Of a stretch of 64,000 nucleotides of DNA, positions 12,495-21,951 are shown in pieces. The DNA is taken from IMG/VR virus record IMGVR_UViG_2061766007_000740, one strand, 5' to 3'. Below the pieces are notes generated by a model. That model saw only the letters and a list, made by a program, of their open reading frames with translations, did no database searches and had not been told where the DNA came from. Position 1 is the stretch's first letter; each line of letters opens with the position of its first letter. Position numbers and translations under genes: made by a program. The stretch is from an uncultured virus (IMG/VR IMGVR_UViG_2061766007_000740). Lineage: Duplodnaviria; Heunggongvirae; Uroviricota; Caudoviricetes.

Positions 12495-13314
12495 CAATTT
12501 GGTATGGACGTACTGGCTGAAGGCTCCGGCCATGACTGCCATCCTCGGGGCGTTTGGTCAGAGGGATGGCATGGAGGTGATCAATGCGACCAATGCCTAT
12601 CTGAACCAGTTGGCTGCGAGTGGTCAAGCAGGGAAGGACAAGGCTACCGCTCTGGCGGGGTTCATCAACGAAGACCCGATGATGGTCTGCTCGCTGGGAT
12701 TACAACCGGAATTGACGGTACTGCCGAGTATGCCGATAAGACTTGCTTGTGGCGATGGCTCGGCTTGGCTCGATAGCGGAAAGAAGACCACATCGACAAT
12801 GACCCTTGACGTAGAGGTTATGCCGAACGACAACGATATATCCACAAGCCGCTACATCCTTGGCGGTAACGTGGCATGGGGTTCGTTCCTGCTCCGATAC
12901 TATGTGCAGAAGTTCATGTGGCACTACGGAATCAACGGCGGAGACCACGGCGTAGGAAGTCCGGCAGTCGGCAATGTCTATCACATAACCGCAGGACCAT
13001 ATACGATTGCGGTAGATGGAGACTCTTGGACGGCATCGAACACCAAGGCATGTGCTGCAAATGAGAACCTACGATTCTACCGAAGCGGTAACATGACGGA
13101 CTTGTACGCAAAGAGCGGCATCGGTAAACTGATAATCGGAGATAACGGAACAAACGTATTGGAAACATATCCGTTTGTACGCAATAACGTAATAGGGCGA
13201 TTGGATGTCTTGAGCAATACGTTCTTGATAAACCAAGGCAGCGGAGCGTTCACGATTATCTATAAGTATAAGCAAAACGGCTCATGGGTAACTTGGACCC
13301 CATCCACCCCATAA
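12495..13314 (+). CDS. Receptor-binding-like protein, allele 2 (5' end in gap)
   Basis: Shares GLQP..MPIR..GD..AWLDSG...YPF...GRLD...NQGSGAFT framework with allele 1; ends TPSTP. Confidence 0.55.
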
Positions 13315-13324
13315 CCCGACCATC

Positions 13325-13352
13325 GAAGCGCATCAATAAACGCATCGAAGCG
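13325..13352 (+). repeat. GAAGCGCATC array, 22-bp period, truncated by gap
   Basis: Copies at 13325 and 13347. Confidence 0.85.
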
Positions 13353-13362
13353 NNNNNNNNNN

Positions 13363-13402
13363 AGGCGGCAACAACAACCCCGATGACGGGATGCTGGGAT
13401 AA
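13363..13402 (+). CDS. 3' end of a probable HU-like DNA-binding protein gene (partial)
   Basis: GGNNNPDDGMLG*; same end as 23278-23376. Confidence 0.4.
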
Positions 13403-13414
13403 GGAGGAATGGCT

Positions 13415-13573
13415 ATGACACAAGATTATATGACAAATCACTACAGTTTGCCGAATGGTCGGGTTTGGAAACCTATGGCTCACGATGCTAAGAAACAGGA
13501 CAAGAAGAATCGTATCTTTGTCTATGTTGTGGTTGGTATTGTTGCGGCAATGGTAGTATTGTGCCTCCTTTAA
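13415..13573 (+). CDS. 52-aa membrane peptide (not in ORF track)
   Basis: AGGAGG then ATG; MTQDYMTNHY...RIFVYVVVGIVAAMVVLCLL*. Confidence 0.6.
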   Translation: MTQDYMTNHYSLPNGRVWKPMAHDAKKQDKKNRIFVYVVVGIVAAMVVLCLL

Positions 13574-13674
13574 TCGGGTTACGGCTCTTGGCTGAGCCGT
13601 AGCTCCCAAAACTTGAAATGTCCAAAATTATGGCTGTTTTTTGGACAGATTTTGGACAATTAACTTGAAAGCAT

Positions 13675-14744
13675 ATGAATATAGAAAAAACAATAAGTGA
13701 GCAGGCAGTCTCTGACATACTGACCCCGATGCTTGAAAGCCAAGACCGCATTGTGACAGAGGACGTTGCGCCGTTGTTCGATCAGGCAACAGGTCTCGAT
13801 ACTCCGCCCGCCAGTGGTTCTGTCACTACGACCATCGAAGAAAGTCGCAGCGTGATTACTGCTATCATCCGCAAGGCTTGGACGGCTACACTGACCATGC
13901 TTTGTGGAGCGTCTGTCATCAGTTATATTACAGCAGCCTATACCTACCTGCGGAATCGCTTGCAAGGCAATGAGACATACGGCATTCCAGACCGCCGCTC
14001 GGAGATTTCCGCATCGTCGTCTCTCGCCGCTAATCTCGCGCTGCTGAACGATAGGAAGATAAGCGGAGTACCAGAGGCCGTGGATGGGATGAGTCTCGTG
14101 CATCTACTTGTGGACAATAGCAGCATCACAGAACTGACTGACGATAACAAGTACCGCTTGACGAAACAACTGACCATCAAGACGCATCTGCCTAACTGCT
14201 CAAAGGTCACGATGGGTTGCACGGAGATGCAAGTGCCTTTCGAGTATGCCGGTGGTGTCGTATTTGGTAGCGACTGCGAGTACTATCTGCCGAACCTCAA
14301 GAAGATTATTCCTTCGACCGCAGGCGGCTTTGGTCACGGCATCTTCAACGGCAGTGTGCAGACCCATGACATCAACTGCCCTGAGTTGGAAGAGATAACA
14401 CCGACGGGCGGATTCTTCGGGTTCTTGCGTGGGAGTGGTTCGACAACGACCGAGCCGTTTGAGATATTGCTGCCGAAATTACGCATCAGTCCTGCGATAT
14501 TCTCGCACTATAACGCATCGTCCTATGGCGTTACAAAGTTGGTAGTCGGAAAGATCGAGACGAACAACTGGAATCCTTATTATAATTATGGATCAATGCC
14601 GACTACTCCGTACTTGCAACATTTCGAGATAGGAGAAGGAACGGCTGTTAGTTTGAACCTAAGCGGTTGGAATCCAACGGACAAAGGTGCGACCTTCCTC
14701 TCGAACTTCCGCGACTACATCGCCAACCGCCTCACCGACAACGG
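13675..14744 (+). CDS. 'MNIEKT' variable protein, allele A (LRR/BspA-like middle; probable receptor-binding protein), ends in gap
   Basis: Constant ~130-aa N-terminus, LPNLKKI/CPELEEI/LPKLRI repeats, NFRDYIANRLTDN motif. Confidence 0.65.
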
Positions 14745-14753
14745 NNNNNNNNN

Positions 14754-15369
14754 NGGATGGCAAGCAGAGGGTACGGCTCTATATTGCTACATCGCTGCAA
14801 ACTGCGCAAACATTGAGGAGATACATGCTCCGGCTATGTGGCGGTTCAATGGTGAGAACTCGGCAACGAATACGAACAATATATCGCAGAACCCGAAACT
14901 ATGGTGTGTCGAGATGGGAGACATGAAAGACCACCTCGGATGGTCGGTCTATTATTTCTACCAATGCCCGAAACTGATACGTTTGGAGTTCAAGGGAGTG
15001 CAAGGAAGTATAAATTTGTCAAATTGGAACCCGTCGTATGTCCTATCCGACAACCCGACCGGCACGGACTTGATTGAGGAAGGCTCAACGGCTCAGAACA
15101 ACCTCCAGCAGTTCCTGCAAAACTTCCGCGACTACATCGCCTTACGCCTCACCGACAACGGCAGTGGCAAGACCCTCACCCTTTCCCAAGCCGTCTATGA
15201 TGCAATAAAAGGTACTAATGGAGGATATGCAAGTACACATACTCTTGGAGAGATATACAGAGAAAGCCTGGTATTAACGCCTTTAGAGATTGAGTTGGGA
15301 ATAACCGAGAATACACTATACTCCACATGGCTTACAACCTATTTTGGAGAGAATGGAATAAACTGGAAN
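14754..15369 (+). CDS. 'MNIEKT' family, C-terminal fragment of another allele (D)
   Basis: CANIEEI/CPKLIRL repeats then NFRDYIALRLTDNGSGKTLTLSQAV; bounded by 10-N gaps. Confidence 0.6.
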
Positions 15370-15379
15370 NNNNNNNNNG

Positions 15380-15486
15380 ATTTGGTCCGGCGTATAGTGT
15401 CCGGACGAAAGCAGGAAGCAAGCGTAGTGCAGTTGCTTCTGATCCAGCTCGCGCCAGTCGGTAGGGACGGTGATGTCTATTCTCAT
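15380..15486 (-). CDS. Phage B hypothetical protein, N-terminus only
   Basis: MRIDITVPTDWRELDQKQL; ATGA-coupled to upstream gene; runs into gap. Confidence 0.55.
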
Positions 15487-16277
15487 AACCAAAAGCCTCC
15501 TGAATTCTTATCGTTTTTGTAGGAATAGTCTGCCCAGTACTTGGCAGCCTCGGAATTCTCCCAGTTGGGGAAGGTGTCCGGATGCTTGCGGATCCAGTCC
15601 ACCATCTGACGTGCCACACGCTTGCCCTCTTCCGGTGTCATCTTATCGGTGAGCTTCCGGACGATGTACTGCTTGACCATGAAAGCGAGCGTCGAGAGCG
15701 GTTCGTTGACGGTGGTGTCATAGGCGTAGTTCCGGAGTGCGGAGAGTACCTCGGACGAGAGGACACGGCGCGCCAGCATCTCTTCCATTGCGATGATTCT
15801 TATTTTGTCGGCCAGGTAGCGGGCAAAGAAATCCGCCGTCACCTCCTGCATCCGTTGCGCCTCGTAGCCCTTAAAGACGGTACCACCAAGGACAGCGCCG
15901 TTGAGAATCGCATCCAGTGCCTCGATAGCTTCGTCCACTTGTGCCCGCAGTCCGTCGAGCAAGGCATTGACACGGTCACGGGATGCCGGAGCGACATTGT
16001 TGTCGGACACGATACCGAAACCGTTTTCCGTCAGGATGAGGTCGAGCGACGGTATAGCACGCCGGAAGCCTTCGTTGGCGACGATGATCTTGGCGTAGGT
16101 CAGGGCGTTTTCGTTCCCGGCGATATCGGCATACTTGACTACTCTCGACTCCAGCCATGCCTCTGCTATCGTCAGATGCGGCGTAATCTTCGTGAACAGG
16201 TCTTTCTCTCCTTCGACGGCGGTCACCACATTCGGGATGTACGCCGTCAGGAGATTGTTGTTGGTGATGTATTTCAT
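15483..16277 (-). CDS. Phage B conserved protein downstream of portal (DUF6712-like)
   Basis: AIPSLDLILTENGFGIVSDNNVAPASRDRV and C-terminal YKNDKNSGGFWL. Confidence 0.7.
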   Translation of the reverse strand: MKYITNNNLLTAYIPNVVTAVEGEKDLFTKITPHLTIAEAWLESRVVKYADIAGNENALTYAKIIVANEGFRRAIPSLDLILTENGFGIVSDNNVAPASRDRVNALLDGLRAQVDEAIEALDAILNGAVLGGTVFKGYEAQRMQEVTADFFARYLADKIRIIAMEEMLARRVLSSEVLSALRNYAYDTTVNEPLSTLAFMVKQYIVRKLTDKMTPEEGKRVARQMVDWIRKHPDTFPNWENSEAAKYWADYSYKNDKNSGGFWL

Positions 16278-17618
16278 TGGTTATCCTCCTTTCCTTGGTC
16301 CTTGGTCTGTTTGATATCCTTGTGCTCGTCGAGGGTGGTGAGCTGCATGATTTTGCACTCCGGCTTCACGCCTTCCCATTTATTGATGTAGCAAACCATC
16401 TGGTGCACACGCATCATCAGGTCGTGGGTGGGTTTGTTCAGCAGCTGGGCAATCATGTACAGTTCGCGTTTGTCGGAGCCGGAGTTATTGGACTGCGACT
16501 TGCCCGGTACCGAGCCGACGAGGTTCGAATGAACGCCCATCACGAAGCACACCATGTTAATCGCTTCCTGGATATCGGTCTCCCAGTCGCCGCCTTCCTT
16601 ACCCTGTTCGAGGTTGGTGATGGTGATGTAGGGATTGGGTTTGCCGGTACCCGGGTCGAGGTACGCACCGGTGAAGATAGCTCTTCCGGAGTTCTCTGCG
16701 CCGGTGAGGAAATTGATTATCTCCGTCTTCTTGGCGTTGACAGCCTCCTGTTGGGCCTTCTCATCGGTGACGCCGGAANNNNNNNNNNNNNNNNNNNNNN
16801 NNNNNNNNNNNNNNNNNNNTGGTGATGATGTACTTGAGCGGGGCGGCATTCTTGAGCTTGGAGTACTTACCGATGGCGATGAGCTGCTTGATGTCGTACC
16901 ACTTGCCCTTGAACAGGGAAGCGTAGTACGGAATCGGGTAATAGGTGCTGTCCGGAGTCGGGAAGCGCGTCACCATGGCGAACTGCACTTCGCCTTCCTT
17001 CTTGCCCTTGGCTTTCTGCATATACTGCTCCAAGTCATACAATGGGTCATCCGGATCCAGCAACACAAAGCGCTGCACCTTCTCCGGCGTATCCGTGTCC
17101 CGCCACTGACCATAGAACACATACTGCCGTGCGGCGTCCTTGGGACTGAACCGACAGTACATCGACTCCAGGCGATGGATAGAAGCGATGGCGTCGCGTT
17201 TCTGGTTGAGGGTGAAGAGGGTGACGGCGAAGTCCCAGTACTTCATGTCGGTGCCCATACCGAGGTTGAACGAGGTGAGGTCGTTATGCAGCATGAAGCG
17301 CTGCACACCGTTTCGTGTCTCTTCGGTGGCATTCTCCGGCAGGGTGTACTCCAGACCGGCGGCATAGCAGTTCTTGATGTTATGCTGCATACAGGTATTG
17401 ATGGTCTCGTCCTGCTCTATCTGGTCGAGGATCTTGAAGGGGATATCGTTCTTGATACCCCACGGCATATATTCCAGACCGTTTTTGAGCTTGGTCGGTT
17501 TGATGCCTTCAGTAGCCGAGTCCTCCTTGAACACTTTCTGAGCGGACGCAGTAAACGCGGCAGCCAAAGCGCTCTTGTTGACGGTGAACTCGTAAAATTC
17601 GATAGGTAATGTCTTCAT
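16274..17618 (-). CDS. Phage B portal protein (Bacteroides prophage type), split by gap
   Basis: YMPWGIKNDIP, YYPIPYYAS, MGVHSNLVGSVPGKSQSNNSGSDKREL, QLTTLDEH motifs. Confidence 0.75.
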
Positions 17619-17691
17619 AGTCGTGCATTAAATTCGGGTGCAAAGATAATACATCGCACACGGGTGCAAAAACCACAGCGTTTTAGGGCAC

Positions 17692-17723
17692 AAAAAAAGC
17701 AGGGCGCTAACCCTGCTTTTTTT
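17692..17723. terminator. Bidirectional intrinsic terminator
   Basis: A7-GCAGGG-cgctaa-CCCTGC-T7. Confidence 0.8.
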
Positions 17724-17919
17724 CTCGTGCAACAATCTGCATGAAGACGAGGTGATTGAACCGCCATACCTGCCAGTACTCCTCGCAATCCTTTGCCAAC
17801 TCGACACCGCTGGAGCCGCTTATGAACTCCAAATGTGCCATAATTCTGCCGCTGTGCTCCAGCAGCTCCTCCAGCTGCTCCACCCGGCATGCTTCCAATA
17901 ATTCTTGAATGGTAACCAT
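17707..17919 (-). CDS. Hypothetical protein
   Basis: 70-aa ORF in tight operon. Confidence 0.5.
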   Translation of the reverse strand: MVTIQELLEACRVEQLEELLEHSGRIMAHLEFISGSSGVELAKDCEEYWQVWRFNHLVFMQIVAREKKQG

Positions 17920-17922
17920 AAC

Positions 17923-18189
17923 TCAATAACTTTTTAACATTTTTTTATATCGCGGCGAGGCGAACGCCTTACCCGCTTCTATGTCCTTCAACTCCTGCTT
18001 GGCTTGCTCGCGGCATATCTGATAGATACGACCACCCCAACCGAACTCGCTGACCTCTTGCCGGAACGCCTCACGCATTGCGGCGCTTATCTTTGCCGGA
18101 GCTTTGACCGGCTTAGAGGCTGCCGGCATGGGAACCGGCTGAACCTCTGCGGCTGCGAAAGCGGCAAACAAATCTAACTGCTGTATCAT
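17923..18189 (-). CDS. Hypothetical protein
   Basis: MIQQLDLF start overlaps upstream stop (ATGA). Confidence 0.55.
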   Translation of the reverse strand: MIQQLDLFAAFAAAEVQPVPMPAASKPVKAPAKISAAMREAFRQEVSEFGWGGRIYQICREQAKQELKDIEAGKAFASPRYKKMLKSY

Positions 18190-18518
18190 TGTGCGCCTCC
18201 TTTCTTGGCAAAAGCGACCTGCGACGCTGCAAACAGGAACACCACCGGGCACCAGCTCTGACCCTCGCGCGGCTTGCCCCAAAATGGGAGAGCCTTCTGA
18301 CCCTTGCGAACCTGACCACCGCGGCGCTTCCAGCCCTCGAATGTATGCAACTTTGCACCCTCTTTCACTCCATACGCCTCACGGAGCAATTCATTTGCCT
18401 TAACTCCCGGACGACCTGCAATTTCGGCTTGCACATCCAACCCTGCGCAAAACTCTTTCAATGCTTTTCTAACTTCTACCATCTTCGTAGCTGACTTCAT
18501 TTCTAATTGCTCTTTCAT
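18186..18518 (-). CDS. ArdC-like N-terminal ssDNA-binding domain protein
   Basis: TFEGWKRRGGQVRKGQKA...VFLFAASQV resembles the ArdC N-terminal motif. Confidence 0.7.
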   Translation of the reverse strand: MKEQLEMKSATKMVEVRKALKEFCAGLDVQAEIAGRPGVKANELLREAYGVKEGAKLHTFEGWKRRGGQVRKGQKALPFWGKPREGQSWCPVVFLFAASQVAFAKKGGAQ

Positions 18519-18877
18519 AATTGTACTGAATTTGATTGTTAATAACTTGTTGATAACCTAAATTTTTGATGATTTACGCTGCTTTATCAAGGTAGCCGGA
18601 TATAGCCCTGCAAGATTTTACGCGACAAAATACGAGCCAAGGGTCTGGAGATTTTTCGATAAACGAAGCCTGACCTTGCTGCGCTCAATAGACGCGACTT
18701 AGTTTTGCGGCGGAAATCGGAGAAAATAGGATCAACAAGAACAATCTCAGCACAAGAAGAGCAAAGGAATGAAGCCGAACGAAGAGAAGGAAGCTACACC
18801 CCACGTGCCGGGTTCCGGCATGTATCGAGCAGCCGGATGGGGCTACCACCGGACAGCAGACACCTGCCTGCGAGACG

Positions 18878-18902
18878 AAAAAAGCAGCCGGTTAAGGCTG
18901 CT
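18878..18902 (-). terminator. Intrinsic terminator of the pilin-like operon
   Basis: AGCAGCC-ttaacc-GGCTGC-T6 on minus strand. Confidence 0.75.
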
Positions 18903-18945
18903 CCTTCATTGCGTGGGTATCATCTTGCTGACGCCAGCAAAATGT

Positions 18946-19380
18946 TCAGAACGTGACCACAATGGTCGTCGCGCGGATGTATAGACCGAGGACAGCGTAC
19001 TTGGTCTTCTGCCCGGCCTTCGACACGCTGGCTGATGGCATTCCAAAGGTATAGCCGTCATCGGTGAGATACCGAATCCCGGCATCTCCATACTCGATGT
19101 GCCGCAGTACCGACGCTTCCTCGTGCGTCGGGATGTGGTAAGGCTCCGGAACGGAATAGCTATCGGACGCAAGAACGCCGGTCCGGAAGACGGACACTAT
19201 CCATTCGGTCGAGTCGGTCTGATAGACCACTGTAGCCACATTCGAACCGCCGGGGCCAGCAGGATTAGAAGGGTTGAGTTCCTCCTCCGTCCTCCCACGA
19301 CACGCCGACATGCACAGTGAAAGTGACAGCAGTAGTACCACTGGAGCATAATATGTGAGCCGTCTGCACATCCTGTACAT
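18946..19380 (-). CDS. Lipoprotein partner of fimbrillin-like protein (copy 1)
   Basis: Lipobox MSAC; DGYTFGMPSASVSKAG shared with 36951-37409. Confidence 0.7.
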   Translation of the reverse strand: MYRMCRRLTYYAPVVLLLSLSLCMSACRGRTEEELNPSNPAGPGGSNVATVVYQTDSTEWIVSVFRTGVLASDSYSVPEPYHIPTHEEASVLRHIEYGDAGIRYLTDDGYTFGMPSASVSKAGQKTKYAVLGLYIRATTIVVTF

Positions 19381-19389
19381 GTGTTTCGG

Positions 19390-20235
19390 CTACCACGTAC
19401 CGACGATGTTGCTGTTCCATGTCGTGTTAACCGTTACGCTGGCCGACGGAGAGGTGAACAGATTGCCGGAGATCAATGTCTTGGTGTTAGCCGCCATCCG
19501 GACATCATCCACCGTTACGGAATAGATGACCTCGTTCGACGAGTTGTAGATGTTAATAGTGACATCGGCGGTAAACTCATCCGTCCGGCTGGGTGCCAGG
19601 ATATTGAAGCTGTACTGTACGCCGGACTGTCCGACCTTGGCGGTACACGACACCTTCTGACTCCACGACGCACCATCGACACCACATAGCGTGGCGATAT
19701 CCAACGAGGTGTAACGCGGATTCATGATGAACTCAATCTGATTAGCCGCTGCCGGGAACTCGTCATTGATGGTAACAAACACCATACCGGTCAGCCGGTC
19801 CAACTGCAATTCCTGGGCCGGTGTCGATGCCGACACATTGAGCGCCAGCGACTTGCCGAAGGTCGAACGGAGCGATGTAGCGGAGAGCACACCTTCACTG
19901 TAGCTCAGACCGGCAGAACGGGTACAGATGAAAGACAGCGAGTGATTACCATGAGACAGGTTGAGAGTCACAGTACCGAACGACGGATCATCGTTGGTCT
20001 GGTGAGCGAGCTGGGTCGAACCGTCAAACACATACAGGTCGGTCAGAGCAACACCACCTTCATCATCGAGGATAGTCGCCTGCGGAGCTTTACGCGGGCT
20101 GTTCATCGGTTCGGTAGATTGTTCGAAGGCGGACACCTTGAACGTGACTTGCTGCTTGGCTTCCGGGTCGTTGCCGGACTTGCAGCTAATGAGCAATAGC
20201 GCACAGATGGCGCTGAAGAAAAGATATTTTTTCAT
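19390..20235 (-). CDS. Fimbrillin/Mfa-like Type V pilin lipoprotein (copy 1)
   Basis: Lipobox LISC, QVTFKVS, LSHGNHSLSF, C-terminal ANTKTLISGNLF...TW; paralog of 36096-36938; own promoter near 20257-20264. Confidence 0.7.
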   Translation of the reverse strand: MKKYLFFSAICALLLISCKSGNDPEAKQQVTFKVSAFEQSTEPMNSPRKAPQATILDDEGGVALTDLYVFDGSTQLAHQTNDDPSFGTVTLNLSHGNHSLSFICTRSAGLSYSEGVLSATSLRSTFGKSLALNVSASTPAQELQLDRLTGMVFVTINDEFPAAANQIEFIMNPRYTSLDIATLCGVDGASWSQKVSCTAKVGQSGVQYSFNILAPSRTDEFTADVTINIYNSSNEVIYSVTVDDVRMAANTKTLISGNLFTSPSASVTVNTTWNSNIVGTW

Positions 20236-20344
20236 ACAATGGTTAATTAGACGCTGCAAAGGTACAAAAATCTTCGGATATACGCAAGAAAAATGGCACT
20301 AAATCTTTAAATTTGTGCCATTTTGTCGGGGAATTGCCCCTTTT

Positions 20345-20830
20345 CTACTGTTTCTTGGTCCACCTTGGTAGCAATCGATAGTTGACACCGTCGGTGGTGA
20401 TCAGGTCCTGACGGCGCTGCTTGCCGGACACCGTGAAATGACCCAGATGAACCCACTCGGAACCGTTGCGCGTCTCGTCGATATACTGGTCATACTCCTT
20501 TCGCTCCTCGTGCAGCCAGTCACGGAAACGCTGCTTGAACTCCTTGATGCGGCTCATGTTCTTCGGACGGATATCCACCGCCAAGCCTTCCGGATGGACC
20601 GACGTGGCGGATGAGTGCTCCAGCTTCTGGATCTTCTCGAAGCCCCGGAAGCCCGAAGTGACCTCGATAGCATCGCCCCAGACGAGACGGAAAGGTTCGA
20701 GGATGTCATACACCAACCGGCAGAGGTGCACCGTCTGCACGGCGTTCGGCTCGTTGGGCAGACCTTTGGCACTCGCTGTCTTCGAGTAGGTCAACTCCTC
20801 CAGCGTAAAATGTTCACTGATTTTAGTCAT
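20345..20830 (-). CDS. Phage B endolysin, peptidase M15 family
   Basis: SEHFTLEEL, TSGFR, SVHPEGLAVD, WVHL motifs. Confidence 0.85.
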   Translation of the reverse strand: MTKISEHFTLEELTYSKTASAKGLPNEPNAVQTVHLCRLVYDILEPFRLVWGDAIEVTSGFRGFEKIQKLEHSSATSVHPEGLAVDIRPKNMSRIKEFKQRFRDWLHEERKEYDQYIDETRNGSEWVHLGHFTVSGKQRRQDLITTDGVNYRLLPRWTKKQ

Positions 20831-20916
20831 AAATATATACGATTATTAAGATTTTTTTGCGTCCGGCAAGACAAACCTCGAGATATCGTCTGCCTAAAGT
20901 TTACGATTATTAAGAT

Positions 20917-21191
20917 TTACAGGAACGGAACGAACTTCCGTGCTATCAGGATATACGGTGCGGTGGTGGGGATCTTCTCCATCACCCAGCACGCTACCTT
21001 GGCCAGCAGCAGTATCGCCGTGATCCAGAACCACCACGAGCAGAACCGGTCATAGCCGGTGCGTTTGGGCATTGTCCGTTCCGTCTCCAGCTGAGACGAA
21101 AAGGTTTTATAGACCTCGCTCAGGCTGTCGTTTCGGGCACGTTCGGCAGCCAAATCGGCCCGTATATTCACCAACGAATCATTCACGGCGG
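20917..21191 (-). CDS. C-terminus of a membrane-anchored coiled-coil protein (probable spanin)
   Basis: Coiled coil then TM FCSWWFWITAILLLAKVACWV; directly upstream of endolysin. Confidence 0.5.
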
Positions 21192-21951
21192 NNNNNNNNN
21201 NAAACTCCTTGATGCGGCTCATGTTCTTCGGACGGATATCCACCGCCAAGCCNNNNNNNNNNNNNNNNNNNNNNNNNNNNNNNNNNNNNNNNNNNNNNNN
21301 NNNNNNNNNNNNNNNNNNNNNNNNNNNNNNNNNNNNNNNNNNNNNNNNNNNNNNNNNNNNNNNNNNNNNNNNNNNNNNNNNNNNNNNNNNNNNNNNNNNN
21401 NNNNNNNNNNNNNNNNNNNNNNNNNNNNNNNNNNNNNNNNNNNNNNNNNNNNNNNNNNNNNNNNNNNNNNNNNNNNNNNNNNNNNNNNNNNNNNNNNNNN
21501 NNNNNNNNNNNNNNNNNNNNNNNNNNNNNNNNNNNNNNNNNNNNNNNNNNNNNNNNNNNNNNNNNNNNNNNNNNNNNNNNNNNNNNNNNNNNNNNNNNNN
21601 NNNNNNNNNNNNNNNNNNNNNNNNNNNNNNNNNNNNNNNNNNNNNNNNNNNNNNNNNNNNNNNNNNNNNNNNNNNNNNNNNNNNNNNNNNNNNNNNNNNN
21701 NNNNNNNNNNNNNNNNNNNNNNNNNNNNNNNNNNNNNNNNNNNNNNNNNNNNNNNNNNNNNNNNNNNNNNNNNNNNNNNNNNNNNNNNNNNNNNNNNNNN
21801 NNNNNNNNNNNNNNNNNNNNNNNNNNNNNNNNNNNNNNNNNNNNNNNNNNNNNNNNNNNNNNNNNNNNNNNNNNNNNNNNNNNNNNNNNNNNNNNNNNNN
21901 NNNNNNNNNNNNNNNNNNNNNNNNNNNNNNNNNNNNNNNNNNNNNNNNNNN

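Noticed and set aside
13675..15522. Single 615-aa protein with a duplicated NFRDYIA motif
   Set aside because: The ORF crosses two 10-N gaps and ends in phage B antisense sequence; more likely separate alleles.
21203..21252. Copy of endolysin segment ~20538-20587
   Set aside because: Between gaps; artefact. The 713-aa ORF 20917-23058 is a false fusion through Ns.
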